From a virus (lineage: Duplodnaviria; Caudoviricetes), in IMG/VR virus record IMGVR_UViG_3300037486_000465, positions 1 to 61,643 of that record: a DNA stretch of 61,643 nucleotides. The stretch is one strand, 5' to 3'. The notes under the pieces are model-generated. The model was not told the DNA's origin. It saw only the letters and a list, made by a program, of their open reading frames with translations, and did not search any database. Below are positions 20,860-30,115 of the stretch, piece by piece (the stretch's first letter is position 1; each line of letters starts with the position of its first letter). The position numbers and the translations under genes were made by a program.

Positions 20860-22251
20860 TTATATGCTCGCAAGAACATTTGTTTCAACTAAATTTAACT
20901 TTTTAATCTCTTTTTCCATCAATAATCGTTCTTTAACGATTTGATCAGGAGATAAAGTTTCTGTTGAAACATATGAAGCATATTCATTAGATTTACTTTT
21001 ATAGAAATTAGATTGATTTAAAAAATCTATATTTTGAATGAGTAAAAAATCATTTGTTTCAGGATTTGTATATTTGAGTAAATTTTTATTAATTGCTATT
21101 GCTTTATCAAAATAATATGAGCCCGGATAAATAGAAACAATAGTTATATCTGTTTCGTCTGGCTTAACTAATTTTAACCAATTAATACTCTCTTTAATTG
21201 TTTTGTGCGATTCTCCGGGATGTCCTATAGACATAAGAGCTTTTATTTTTAAATTACTTTCTCTGGCTATTTCAAAGCATTTTGAATTATCTTGAACTGT
21301 ACAACCTTTATTCATATTTTTTAATATGCGATCTGATCCAGACTCAAATCCAACTAATAGCCATCTGAATCCTGCTTTATACATTAATTCTGCTTGATAT
21401 TTAGAAAGTAAATTACTTCTTGTAAAAGCTCTTAAATTAAATTCTACTTTATTATCTTTTTGATATTTTATTAATTCTAATAAAAAGTTTTCAAAATAAA
21501 TTTTGTTTAAGTTTATTTCATCATCATAGAACATAAATCCTTCATATCCATATTTTTTATGTAATATGTCAATTTCTTTTATTATATTTGGTATGCTTCT
21601 TTTTCTAATATGATTAAAAGATTTTGAATCTCTTCCACTACAAAAACCACATTGATATGGACATCCTATTTGCGAAATAATATTTGTAGATTTTTTTCCG
21701 TCAATAAAATAATGATAAGAATTTACATCTAAAAAATCACGATTAGCTATAGCAACATCGTCATAATTTTTTGATACAAACAACGTTTCATCTTCTTCAG
21801 CATTAATTACTTTTTCATTTGTATGAATCGCTTTATGTATAGCAAATTCGCCATCTCCGATAACCAATGTGTCAATATATTTAAGAAGGTTTTTTATGTG
21901 TTTTTTACAAATTTTTTTTATATCTGGTGTTCCATGTTGTAATGAAGAATACATCAAAGTAATATGCGGACCGCCTAATATTATTTTTATATTGAAATTC
22001 TCTTTTATAAATTTTGCAAACTTAAAAACAATTTCAATATGAGGCGTAGTTGCAGTTAAGCAAATAATATTTAAAGAATTTTCTTTTATGAAATTATAAA
22101 TTAAAGAATTATAATCTTTTTCATTTGATAAATCTAAAAATTTAACATTTTCATTTTTTAATTGCGTTGCAACACGAAGAATTCCTAAAGATATAAATAC
22201 TCTTTGATCTGTTAAAAATTCAGAAGGTGGATTTATAAAACCTATATTCAT
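20860..22251 (-). CDS. Cobalamin-binding radical SAM protein
   Basis: N-terminal B12 domain (LG, GGPH, GDGE), CPYQCGFC, FYDD, GFESGS, GHPGE. Confidence 0.88.
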   Translation of the reverse strand: MNIGFINPPSEFLTDQRVFISLGILRVATQLKNENVKFLDLSNEKDYNSLIYNFIKENSLNIICLTATTPHIEIVFKFAKFIKENFNIKIILGGPHITLMYSSLQHGTPDIKKICKKHIKNLLKYIDTLVIGDGEFAIHKAIHTNEKVINAEEDETLFVSKNYDDVAIANRDFLDVNSYHYFIDGKKSTNIISQIGCPYQCGFCSGRDSKSFNHIRKRSIPNIIKEIDILHKKYGYEGFMFYDDEINLNKIYFENFLLELIKYQKDNKVEFNLRAFTRSNLLSKYQAELMYKAGFRWLLVGFESGSDRILKNMNKGCTVQDNSKCFEIARESNLKIKALMSIGHPGESHKTIKESINWLKLVKPDETDITIVSIYPGSYYFDKAIAINKNLLKYTNPETNDFLLIQNIDFLNQSNFYKSKSNEYASYVSTETLSPDQIVKERLLMEKEIKKLNLVETNVLASI

Positions 22252-22937
22252 TTTAATAACTTATCTATATCGTCGTTAAATAATTGTTCTCTGTACATCC
22301 ATACTACACTCCAAGCATTTGGACCCAAAAAATCATCATTAACTATATGTAATTCTATTTCGTCTTCCCAAAAGAATCCTAAATTTTGACAATATGGATC
22401 ATTTTTTCCCAATTTGCAAAGTATAGGATCTATTTCTATAAAGGAAAGTTTTGGAAATCCTATAAACTCTCCGTTTTTAAATGAAAAAATCCATCTATGA
22501 TGTATAAAGCCCTTAAGCCAATAATATTCTGGCGTTGTATCATAATTATTTAATTCAGCATATTTACTTGGCACTGCAATATATCCTGATTTAGAAATTT
22601 TTGTTAACTGATCGCATACATATTTTGGATTTGAAATATCTTCAAGAGTATGACTACAAATACAAAAATCGAATTTTCCCTTTTCATTTACATATTCTTC
22701 TATTTCTTTCCAGCCGTTTGGATAATTAATATTAAATGAAAAATGTTTTATTTTACCGCCATCAGTTGGAGCATTTAAATCTACAATAGCATCTACATAT
22801 GGATATGACCAACCATCATATGAACCACCTACATCAATTACAGTAAATTTTTCATTTATCTTTTTTTGACTATTAATATAATCAATCGTGGTGCTTATTC
22901 TATCTGGCATAGATGATAAGCGTATATCTTTTATCAT
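22248..22937 (-). CDS. Methyltransferase-domain protein
   Basis: VIDVGG, FDF.ICSHTLED, GYI.VPS, HHRW. Confidence 0.75.
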   Translation of the reverse strand: MIKDIRLSSMPDRISTTIDYINSQKKINEKFTVIDVGGSYDGWSYPYVDAIVDLNAPTDGGKIKHFSFNINYPNGWKEIEEYVNEKGKFDFCICSHTLEDISNPKYVCDQLTKISKSGYIAVPSKYAELNNYDTTPEYYWLKGFIHHRWIFSFKNGEFIGFPKLSFIEIDPILCKLGKNDPYCQNLGFFWEDEIELHIVNDDFLGPNAWSVVWMYREQLFNDDIDKLLK

Positions 22938-23593
22938 TTCCAAAATATTATATCTTCTTGAAATATATCTCCCTGCCTAATATCTCCAACTGGATCTAAA
23001 CATGGCCAAATATGATTATCAATTACTTCATAGTTATTATATGACATTTTTGCCATAAAGTTTATGATATCATCTTTAAGTGGAACTTCGCCATCATTAT
23101 AATGTTTTAATGATACTTCTATAATAATATATTTACAAGTTGATAAAGTTTCTTTTCCACCTTTTATGATATCTAATTCTGAACCTTGCGTATCTAATTT
23201 TGCGAAATCAAAAATAATATTTTTATCTTTGAATAAACTATCTAAAGTAATCATTCTTTTTTTTACTTCTATAAGACTTTCATCTCTATAAAAATTCGTT
23301 TTTTCTTTATATATAGAATTTCCTGTATTCGCAAAGATTTCTTTAGTTTTATAAAAAGATACTATTTTATTATCTTCATCACCTAATAAATGCATGTAAA
23401 TATTAAAACCAGTAGTTAACAAATTAAGATAATTATCTTCATCAGCCTCAATTAAATGAAAATTATCTAATGATAATTCTGGCCAAATTTCTTTTAGTTG
23501 AATAGAAAAGTATCCCTGATTTGCACCAATGTCTAATATATTTTTTGGAATAAATCCTTTATTTTTTAAATTGTTTATATATGTAAATATCAT
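22934..23593 (-). CDS. FkbM-family methyltransferase
   Basis: LDIGANQG, IEA, TGNS.Y.E, KLDTQGSELDI. Confidence 0.9.
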   Translation of the reverse strand: MIFTYINNLKNKGFIPKNILDIGANQGYFSIQLKEIWPELSLDNFHLIEADEDNYLNLLTTGFNIYMHLLGDEDNKIVSFYKTKEIFANTGNSIYKEKTNFYRDESLIEVKKRMITLDSLFKDKNIIFDFAKLDTQGSELDIIKGGKETLSTCKYIIIEVSLKHYNDGEVPLKDDIINFMAKMSYNNYEVIDNHIWPCLDPVGDIRQGDIFQEDIIFWK

Positions 23594-24528
23594 AAAAATA
23601 CAGTTTCAAATTGCTTCATTGTAATTTCTGGAGTATATATCTTAGAATATACATCCCAATTTTTTTCTGGCTCTGGGAAGAAATTATATATTTTGCTAAA
23701 TAATTCATTTTCATTATTATAAATTATAGCTTTATCTTTTAAAATCTCTATGTGGCATGTTTCTGGAGACAATCCATATGTAAATATTTGTTTATTTTTT
23801 GATGAGAATTCTGCGCAAGCCATTCCAAAAGTTTCTCCCCGATAACGTGCATGTAATAGAGCATCGCAAGTATTTATAAATTTAACTTTTTCTCTTAAAT
23901 CTGCTATAGTATCTAAATATATGATATTAGGGTGTTCATAAAATTTTGAATTACCCATAAACAAAAAATAAATATCTTTTCGCACGTCTACTATTCTTCT
24001 TATTACATCTCGTACAAATGGTATATCAAAGCCGTAATCTCCTCCATATCTTCCAAAAACAATTGCTTTTTTTGGAATATTTAAAGCACTACGTAAATCG
24101 CCATTTTCTTTTGGCAAATTAATCATATATTGTACCCATGGATATGTATTATTAGTGACTGTTCTTGATAGCCATTCAGATACGTATGCATAGACATTTC
24201 CATGTGGTTCAAACGCGCCAAACACAGCATGTATTACAGTTTTTCTGCCAGGCGATATGCATCCATCATTATATCCATATTTCGCAGCATAAAAAATATC
24301 TACTTTATTATTATCTAAGTGTTTTTCTATTTCTGAAAAATCATTATATCTAATAGTTTTAAATTGTTTACTAAATTTTTCAACTACTTTAGGATCATCC
24401 ATAGGGCTGTATTTGGCGATTATTAATGATTCATTGCCTAATAGAAGTTGATTAAAAAAAGCATAATCATATAAAGATACTTCTACTCCACCAATAGATA
24501 ACTGAGTTATGTGAAAGGCTATTTTCAT
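23590..24528 (-). CDS. GT-B fold glycosyltransferase
   Basis: GG.EV.LYDYA, FGRYGG, LHAR..GETFG...AEF. Confidence 0.75.
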   Translation of the reverse strand: MKIAFHITQLSIGGVEVSLYDYAFFNQLLLGNESLIIAKYSPMDDPKVVEKFSKQFKTIRYNDFSEIEKHLDNNKVDIFYAAKYGYNDGCISPGRKTVIHAVFGAFEPHGNVYAYVSEWLSRTVTNNTYPWVQYMINLPKENGDLRSALNIPKKAIVFGRYGGDYGFDIPFVRDVIRRIVDVRKDIYFLFMGNSKFYEHPNIIYLDTIADLREKVKFINTCDALLHARYRGETFGMACAEFSSKNKQIFTYGLSPETCHIEILKDKAIIYNNENELFSKIYNFFPEPEKNWDVYSKIYTPEITMKQFETVFL

Positions 24529-25298
24529 TCTTTAAAATCTCTTATAACTTCTGGTAACAGGCCTTCATATATTTCACAATGAGACCAAACTTTGGGCCAG
24601 ATTGGATGTAAATTTTTTGATTCTAAAGTCCAAGGTAGCCAAACTTCATTGTACCATTTATCTGTATCAAAATTTACAAAATGGGCCCATGTTTTTATTT
24701 TTTTATATGTTTCTCTATCAGATAATACATATGCGCCGTGATAACAAATAATTTCTGGCATAGTTAAGCGTACGCAAACACGTTTTACATTTCTTGTATC
24801 TTCGTATTTTTCAATTGTATGTAAGTTTATTATTGATTGCGATATCATGCCAATTTTAGTTCCTTCAGAGTTTATTATGATATATTTAAGTGATTTCCAA
24901 AAAACATAATTATTAATATGAAAAATGTCAATGTCTTTACATATCTTTACTAAACTTATTATTTTTTCAAAATCGTCGTGAAAATAAAATTCATCTGCAT
25001 CATGAACCATTAAATAATCAAATCCATCTGCTTTAGCACGTTGAAGACAAAAATTTCGCTCTTCTACCTCGTTATCCCAATCTCCTTCAATAATGGATAT
25101 TTTATCCATATATTTTGATCGTTTAATGATATTAAGATCAAAACTATTTGTAAATGTTTGTTTTGCATTAGGATTATAATTCCAAGGTAAGCGACTATAC
25201 ATTACATAAATACGATCAACATGCTGATATGAGTTTTCAAGATTTCTCATAATCCACTTATTTTGATCAAATACCATTACATATGTTGCAAATTTCAT
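24525..25298 (-). CDS. GT2-like glycosyltransferase, paralog A
   Basis: E..RN, HDADEFY (DxD), CYH..YV; tandem duplicate of the next gene. Confidence 0.7.
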   Translation of the reverse strand: MKFATYVMVFDQNKWIMRNLENSYQHVDRIYVMYSRLPWNYNPNAKQTFTNSFDLNIIKRSKYMDKISIIEGDWDNEVEERNFCLQRAKADGFDYLMVHDADEFYFHDDFEKIISLVKICKDIDIFHINNYVFWKSLKYIIINSEGTKIGMISQSIINLHTIEKYEDTRNVKRVCVRLTMPEIICYHGAYVLSDRETYKKIKTWAHFVNFDTDKWYNEVWLPWTLESKNLHPIWPKVWSHCEIYEGLLPEVIRDFKE

Positions 25299-26068
25299 TC
25301 TTTAAAATCTTTTATAACTTCTGGTAGCAAATCTTTATATATTTCGCAATGAGACCAAACTTCAGGCCACATTGGATGTAAATTTTTTGATTCTAAAGTC
25401 CAAGGAAGCCAAACTTCGTAATACCATTTATCTGTGTTAAAATCTCCGAAATGACTCCAAGTTTTTATTTTTTTGTATGCTTCTTGATCAGATAACACAT
25501 AAGAACCATGATAACAAATAACATCGGGTATAGTTAATTGTTTACAAAAAATTTCTACATCTCTTAAATAATCATATTTTTCAATTGTATGTAAATTTAC
25601 AATTGATTGCGCTACTGCACCAATTTTAGTTCCTTCAGAATTTATTATGATATATTTAAAGGATTTCCAAAAAACATATTCATTAATATGAAACACATCA
25701 GCATCTTTATATTTTTTTACTATACTTATTATTTTTTCAAAATCATCATGAAAATAAAATTCGTCGGCATCATGAACCATCAAATAATCAAAGCCATCTG
25801 CTTTAGCACATTGCAAACAAAAATTTCGTTGTTCTGTATCACTATCCCAATTACCTTCAATAATGGATATTTTATCCATATATTTTGATTGTTTAATGAT
25901 ATTAAGATCAAAGCTGTTTGTAAATGTTTTTCTTGCTTCAGGATTATGAGTAAATGGTAATTTGCTATACATTACATAAATACGATCAACATGCGGATAT
26001 GCATTTTCAAGATTTCGCATAATCCATTTATTTTGATCAAATACCATTACATATGTTGCAAATTTCAT
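25295..26068 (-). CDS. GT2-like glycosyltransferase, paralog B
   Basis: Same length (257 aa) as paralog A with near-identical N- and C-termini. Confidence 0.7.
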   Translation of the reverse strand: MKFATYVMVFDQNKWIMRNLENAYPHVDRIYVMYSKLPFTHNPEARKTFTNSFDLNIIKQSKYMDKISIIEGNWDSDTEQRNFCLQCAKADGFDYLMVHDADEFYFHDDFEKIISIVKKYKDADVFHINEYVFWKSFKYIIINSEGTKIGAVAQSIVNLHTIEKYDYLRDVEIFCKQLTIPDVICYHGSYVLSDQEAYKKIKTWSHFGDFNTDKWYYEVWLPWTLESKNLHPMWPEVWSHCEIYKDLLPEVIKDFKE

Positions 26069-26072
26069 TTTG

Positions 26073-26642
26073 TTATTTTTTTATAAATATTCCCCATAAA
26101 ACTGATTTAAAATCTTGATATAATTCATGTTTTGATAAACTATGTTTTTCAATGCTATCTTTTATCATTAGATATGAAGAATCTGGTAAAGATGGCCATT
26201 CTATTGGATCTGTAAATGAATGCCATTCTTCATAACTTTCTGCATAATCATGAACCATAATAACATCATTGGATTTTAAATATTCACTAAAAGTGTTAAA
26301 TTCCCATTCTTTATAACCACCATCACATAACAATAAAACTCTTTTAGGCGTAACTGAAATTAATTCTCGAAGTTCTTTTTGTATTTCTTCTGTAAAATAG
26401 TTTCCTTGTCTAATATCTATGCCATATTCTTTTGGTACTTGACATAAACTTGCATCAATATCATAAGATATTAAATCACAATTAGATTTTTTAATTCTAT
26501 ATAAATATAAAGTTAAACCTCCTGCATATGTTCCAATTTCAATTATTCTATCAAAATTATTTATAATCTTTTCAAAATGTCTATTAATATCAGGATGTTG
26601 TAATATACTGATTCCTTCAAAATTGTGTGGTACGTATTTCAT
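26073..26642 (-). CDS. CmcI-like class I SAM methyltransferase
   Basis: IIEIGTYAGG, YDI, CDGG.K..EF, D.I..HDY; ATGA overlap start at 26642. Confidence 0.7.
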   Translation of the reverse strand: MKYVPHNFEGISILQHPDINRHFEKIINNFDRIIEIGTYAGGLTLYLYRIKKSNCDLISYDIDASLCQVPKEYGIDIRQGNYFTEEIQKELRELISVTPKRVLLLCDGGYKEWEFNTFSEYLKSNDVIMVHDYAESYEEWHSFTDPIEWPSLPDSSYLMIKDSIEKHSLSKHELYQDFKSVLWGIFIKK

Positions 26643-27370
26643 GTTATTATATTCCAATTTAGTCGTAATGCTGGCTGATCAAATGGCATAGGCCTTACAT
26701 ATTTATGATAATTTAAATTATTATGCTGTATATTCATTAAATCTATAAAAGTTAAAGTTCCTGTATTAAATGTATGTACTTCTTTAGACTTTTCAACTAT
26801 ATATAATACATCTAAAATATTTATGTCTTGTAATTTAGAAAACTCAACTAATTTTATATTAGGATTAATATATTTTCTATCAATTGACATATTTCTTGAT
26901 GTATCTTCATGTAAAAATATGAATTCTTCTTTATCTTTTAAATCTAGCATGTCATAAAAAATTTCCTTTTCTTTTTTTAAATCTCTATCAAAATAGAAAT
27001 TATCCCATTTAAGAGAAAGAGGAAAGCCTGCATTAAAATACCATTGCCTATCAAATATCCAACTTTCATCAAACCAATCTGGCGCAGGTAAAGAATTATC
27101 TAAAAGCCAAGGCATAACTTGATTAAACCACATACAAGTATGCGCTATAGCATGATCTGCTTTATGAATTTCTTCTACGTATTGTTCTGGAAATAATACA
27201 ACTTCTTTAATACCTGAATATAATCTTTTGTTAGTATTAAATGTATTTTCATCAGTTGCATCTGAATAGCATTCTATTCTATCATACCATTTCGTCCATT
27301 CTTTTATAATTCCGAAACATACGCAATGATCTCCAAATTTATGATATGTATATGTTTTAACTGTAGGCAT
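26639..27370 (-). CDS. Putative glycosyltransferase-like protein
   Basis: H..GDH, FDR..Y, FLHED..R, A/S.EVH motifs of phage glycan clusters. Confidence 0.5.
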   Translation of the reverse strand: MPTVKTYTYHKFGDHCVCFGIIKEWTKWYDRIECYSDATDENTFNTNKRLYSGIKEVVLFPEQYVEEIHKADHAIAHTCMWFNQVMPWLLDNSLPAPDWFDESWIFDRQWYFNAGFPLSLKWDNFYFDRDLKKEKEIFYDMLDLKDKEEFIFLHEDTSRNMSIDRKYINPNIKLVEFSKLQDINILDVLYIVEKSKEVHTFNTGTLTFIDLMNIQHNNLNYHKYVRPMPFDQPALRLNWNIIT

Positions 27371-27372
27371 TT

Positions 27373-27561
27373 TTAATCTGTAAGAGAACTTACATATCCT
27401 TCTGAACGAACTTCTTCTAATATTTTTACAAATTCCAATTGCTGTTGTTTATTTAATTCTGTATTAGATAAAAATAAATCAATCTTATTTAAAAGACTCT
27501 CAGATAAATCTAAATATAAAGACGAACCTTCTATAATTTGTTTATTAGTTAATTTTTCCAT
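27373..27561 (-). CDS. Small hypothetical protein
   Basis: In-operon ORF with A-rich leader. Confidence 0.6.
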   Translation of the reverse strand: MEKLTNKQIIEGSSLYLDLSESLLNKIDLFLSNTELNKQQQLEFVKILEEVRSEGYVSSLTD

Positions 27562-27579
27562 GATTATTTATTTTTTTAT

Positions 27580-28332
27580 TTAACCAAGATCACTTATAAC
27601 TTCTGGCAATGGACCTTCATAGATTTCACAATTTGACCAATGTTCTGGTTTAACTGGATGTAAATTTCTTGATTCTAAAGTCCAAGGAAGCCAAACTTCA
27701 TTATACCAATTATCCGTATCAAAATCCGCATAATTGCGCCAAGTTTTTATTTTTTGATATACTTCTGCATCTGTTAAAACATATGAACCGTGATAACAAA
27801 TAATATCATTTAAAAGAGCGCTGCCTCGATCTGATAAATTTAAATTAATAATTTTAGATTTAAGTTCAGTATTTTTCATAGTAGGCGCATGATTTAACGT
27901 TGGCATAACTATGACATTTTTGAAAGATTTCCAAAAAGTACGTGTAAATATTTCGTAATATGAATATTGAATATCATTATTTAATATCCATATTATTTTG
28001 CTAAAATCTTCGTTGGTGTAAAATTCATCTGGATCATGAATCATAAGATAAGTAATATTATCCTGTCTAGCGCGTTCAACACACGCATTTCTTGCTTCTT
28101 CTTCAGTTGGCCAATCTCCTTCTATGATAGTAACTTTCGCCATATATGGAGATTCTCGAATTGTATTTAAATCAAAGGTATTTACATAAGCTGTTCTTGC
28201 AGCAGAATTATATGCAAAAGGTAACATACTATGTAATACATATATTTTATCTACGTATGGCCAAGCATTTTGAATATTTCTCATTATCCATTTATCTGCG
28301 CCAAATGTCATTAAATAGGTTGCAGTGCTCAT
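27580..28332 (-). CDS. GT2-like glycosyltransferase, paralog C
   Basis: KWIMRN, HDPDEFY, CYHGSYVL, WYNEVWLPWTLES.NLHP shared with paralogs A and B. Confidence 0.7.
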   Translation of the reverse strand: MSTATYLMTFGADKWIMRNIQNAWPYVDKIYVLHSMLPFAYNSAARTAYVNTFDLNTIRESPYMAKVTIIEGDWPTEEEARNACVERARQDNITYLMIHDPDEFYTNEDFSKIIWILNNDIQYSYYEIFTRTFWKSFKNVIVMPTLNHAPTMKNTELKSKIINLNLSDRGSALLNDIICYHGSYVLTDAEVYQKIKTWRNYADFDTDNWYNEVWLPWTLESRNLHPVKPEHWSNCEIYEGPLPEVISDLG

Positions 28333-28334
28333 AA

Positions 28335-28547
28335 TTATTTAGTTTTTTTAGTTGTTGTATCTTCTTCTCGTGGAACAATTATCCACATAAGTAAATAAAT
28401 AAATATTCCAGGAAAAAATCCTGATAATATAGTTCCAAATATGAATACTAATCTCCATATAATGGGATCATCGCCAAAATATTCACCGATACCGGCGCAT
28501 ATTCCCGCAATAGCTGCATTTCTTTTTCTTAATAATTTTCTTTTCAT
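28335..28547 (-). CDS. PspC-domain membrane protein
   Basis: IAGICAGIGEYFG.DP...RL.F...Y...WIIVP. Confidence 0.9.
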   Translation of the reverse strand: MKRKLLRKRNAAIAGICAGIGEYFGDDPIIWRLVFIFGTILSGFFPGIFIYLLMWIIVPREEDTTTKKTK

Positions 28548-28565
28548 ACTTTTACTTTTATTAGT

Positions 28566-28709
28566 TTATATTTTCGATTTTATCCATTTTTTCTTTTTAT
28601 TATCCCATATATATGTATAATAATAAACAGATTCGTCTTCAATATAAGTTGAAACATCGATTGTTTCTCTTAATATATCTATAGTTTGTTCTTTTTCTTC
28701 TTTATTCAT
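28566..28709 (-). CDS. Small hypothetical protein (47 aa, not in ORF track)
   Basis: MNKEEKEQTIDILRETIDVSTYIEDESVYYYTYIWDNKRKKWIKSKI fills the gap and overlaps the upstream stop. Confidence 0.6.
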   Translation of the reverse strand: MNKEEKEQTIDILRETIDVSTYIEDESVYYYTYIWDNKKKKWIKSKI

Positions 28710-29436
28710 AATCATTTGAATTAACGCCTAGCATAAATACGTTTCCTCCTAAAAATTGTGTTTTTTCATAATTTTTATTTTCTCCTCGAATTGAAGAACT
28801 AAGAGATTTAGAAGGAATAACAAGAGGAGGGCTTGCACTATAAAAATTATATCCTAATTGTGTCATCATAATCCAGGATGCTTTATCTGCAATCATGGGT
28901 TGAGAATCTTGTAATTTAATATATCCTTCCATTGCTCTTTTATTCAATCCATATGCTAAAAATGACCAACTGGCAAAGCCTTTAGTCCATCTCGGATTAA
29001 CTCTAACATTTTCTGGTAATAATCTATCCATATATGAATAGAGCAATATTCCGTCAGCATTTTCTGGAATAGTATCAAAATATTTTGGTAATAATTCATC
29101 CCATTTTTTATGAAATGCGCAGTCATCTTCAAATACAAAAATATTTTTTGCACCATCGAGTAATGCAGATTTAATTATTGTATAATGTGATTGCATTGCG
29201 CCCAATTCGTTTGGAAATTCTTTATTAAATAAACGATGATTTATACTAAGATCATTATATTTATCTGCATAAAGTTCTATTAATTTATAAGCATATCCAG
29301 GAATTACTGGTCTATAAAATTCAACTTGTATGTCATGCCTTATAAATTGAGAAAATGCATATTTATATTTGTCTTCTCGTTCTTTGAGACAAATACACAC
29401 CACTGTATCATAACGTTCGTTAATTAAATTCCCCAT
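28702..29436 (-). CDS. Glycosyltransferase family 25
   Basis: ICLKEREDK, ELGA.QSH, FEDD, AY. Confidence 0.75.
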   Translation of the reverse strand: MGNLINERYDTVVCICLKEREDKYKYAFSQFIRHDIQVEFYRPVIPGYAYKLIELYADKYNDLSINHRLFNKEFPNELGAMQSHYTIIKSALLDGAKNIFVFEDDCAFHKKWDELLPKYFDTIPENADGILLYSYMDRLLPENVRVNPRWTKGFASWSFLAYGLNKRAMEGYIKLQDSQPMIADKASWIMMTQLGYNFYSASPPLVIPSKSLSSSIRGENKNYEKTQFLGGNVFMLGVNSNDYE

Positions 29437-29729
29437 TTTGTTATTTCTTGCATAAGTGTGTAACCTTTAACTCTTCTATCTTCAAGCCATTCTTTATAAC
29501 CATCTGTATAATCAATACTGTAATAATCTTGAATAACTGCATAATGTCCAGTATCTTTTTTATATTTTTCACGCCAATGCGTAGCATTTCCTTCAAGCCA
29601 TTGCACATATTCATTTGTTAATTCGCCTTGATAATTATAAAATTCTTGTGTTTTAGAAGAATCCATTCCAAGTGTAGGTGTAAAACCAGTCTCAAACTTG
29701 TATTTAATTCTCAATTGCAGCGCTGTCAT
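29424..29729 (-). CDS. Hypothetical protein
   Basis: Coupled ORF with internal repeat (KY..ETG/KY..DTG ... Y.QWLE/Y.EWLE). Confidence 0.6.
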   Translation of the reverse strand: MTALQLRIKYKFETGFTPTLGMDSSKTQEFYNYQGELTNEYVQWLEGNATHWREKYKKDTGHYAVIQDYYSIDYTDGYKEWLEDRRVKGYTLMQEITKWGI

Positions 29730-30114
29730 TTTCTATAACTTTTAATTGTTCTTGTAATAAATTTAATTTTGAAAATATATCTTCATCTGGTTCCTTTGGA
29801 TAAATACATTCTAACTTTATATTTTCAGTTTCGTGACTAGGAACAAATACAGTTTTTATTATTGTATTGGTTTTCTCTTGAAGTTCTAAAGTAAATATTT
29901 CTTCTATAGAAGTTTTTAATCCTGCTGCTCTTTCTCGTATTTTGCTAAGAGACAAATTTGATATTCCAAAATAACACACTAAAATAATTAAGTTTTTCAT
30001 ATTATTTTTAATATTAATCGATTGACTTCCTGATGATCCGTTTTCTCCTATAATATCTTCACATAGTTGTCCATGGTGCGTAAAATGTGCGATATTTTTA
30101 TTTTTTAGCGCCAT
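29704..30114 (-). CDS. Hypothetical protein
   Basis: In-operon ORF; start may be at 30000. Confidence 0.55.
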   Translation of the reverse strand: MALKNKNIAHFTHHGQLCEDIIGENGSSGSQSINIKNNMKNLIILVCYFGISNLSLSKIRERAAGLKTSIEEIFTLELQEKTNTIIKTVFVPSHETENIKLECIYPKEPDEDIFSKLNLLQEQLKVIENDSAAIEN

Positions 30115-30115
30115 A

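Larger units (their letters stand above)
24525..26068. repeat. Tandem whole-gene duplication (~770 bp period)
   Basis: Long shared DNA blocks at 770-bp spacing, e.g. attggatgtaaattttttgattctaaagtccaagg at 24601 and 25371, and ttttgatcaaataccattacatatgttgcaaatttcatt at 25261 and 26031. Confidence 0.95.
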
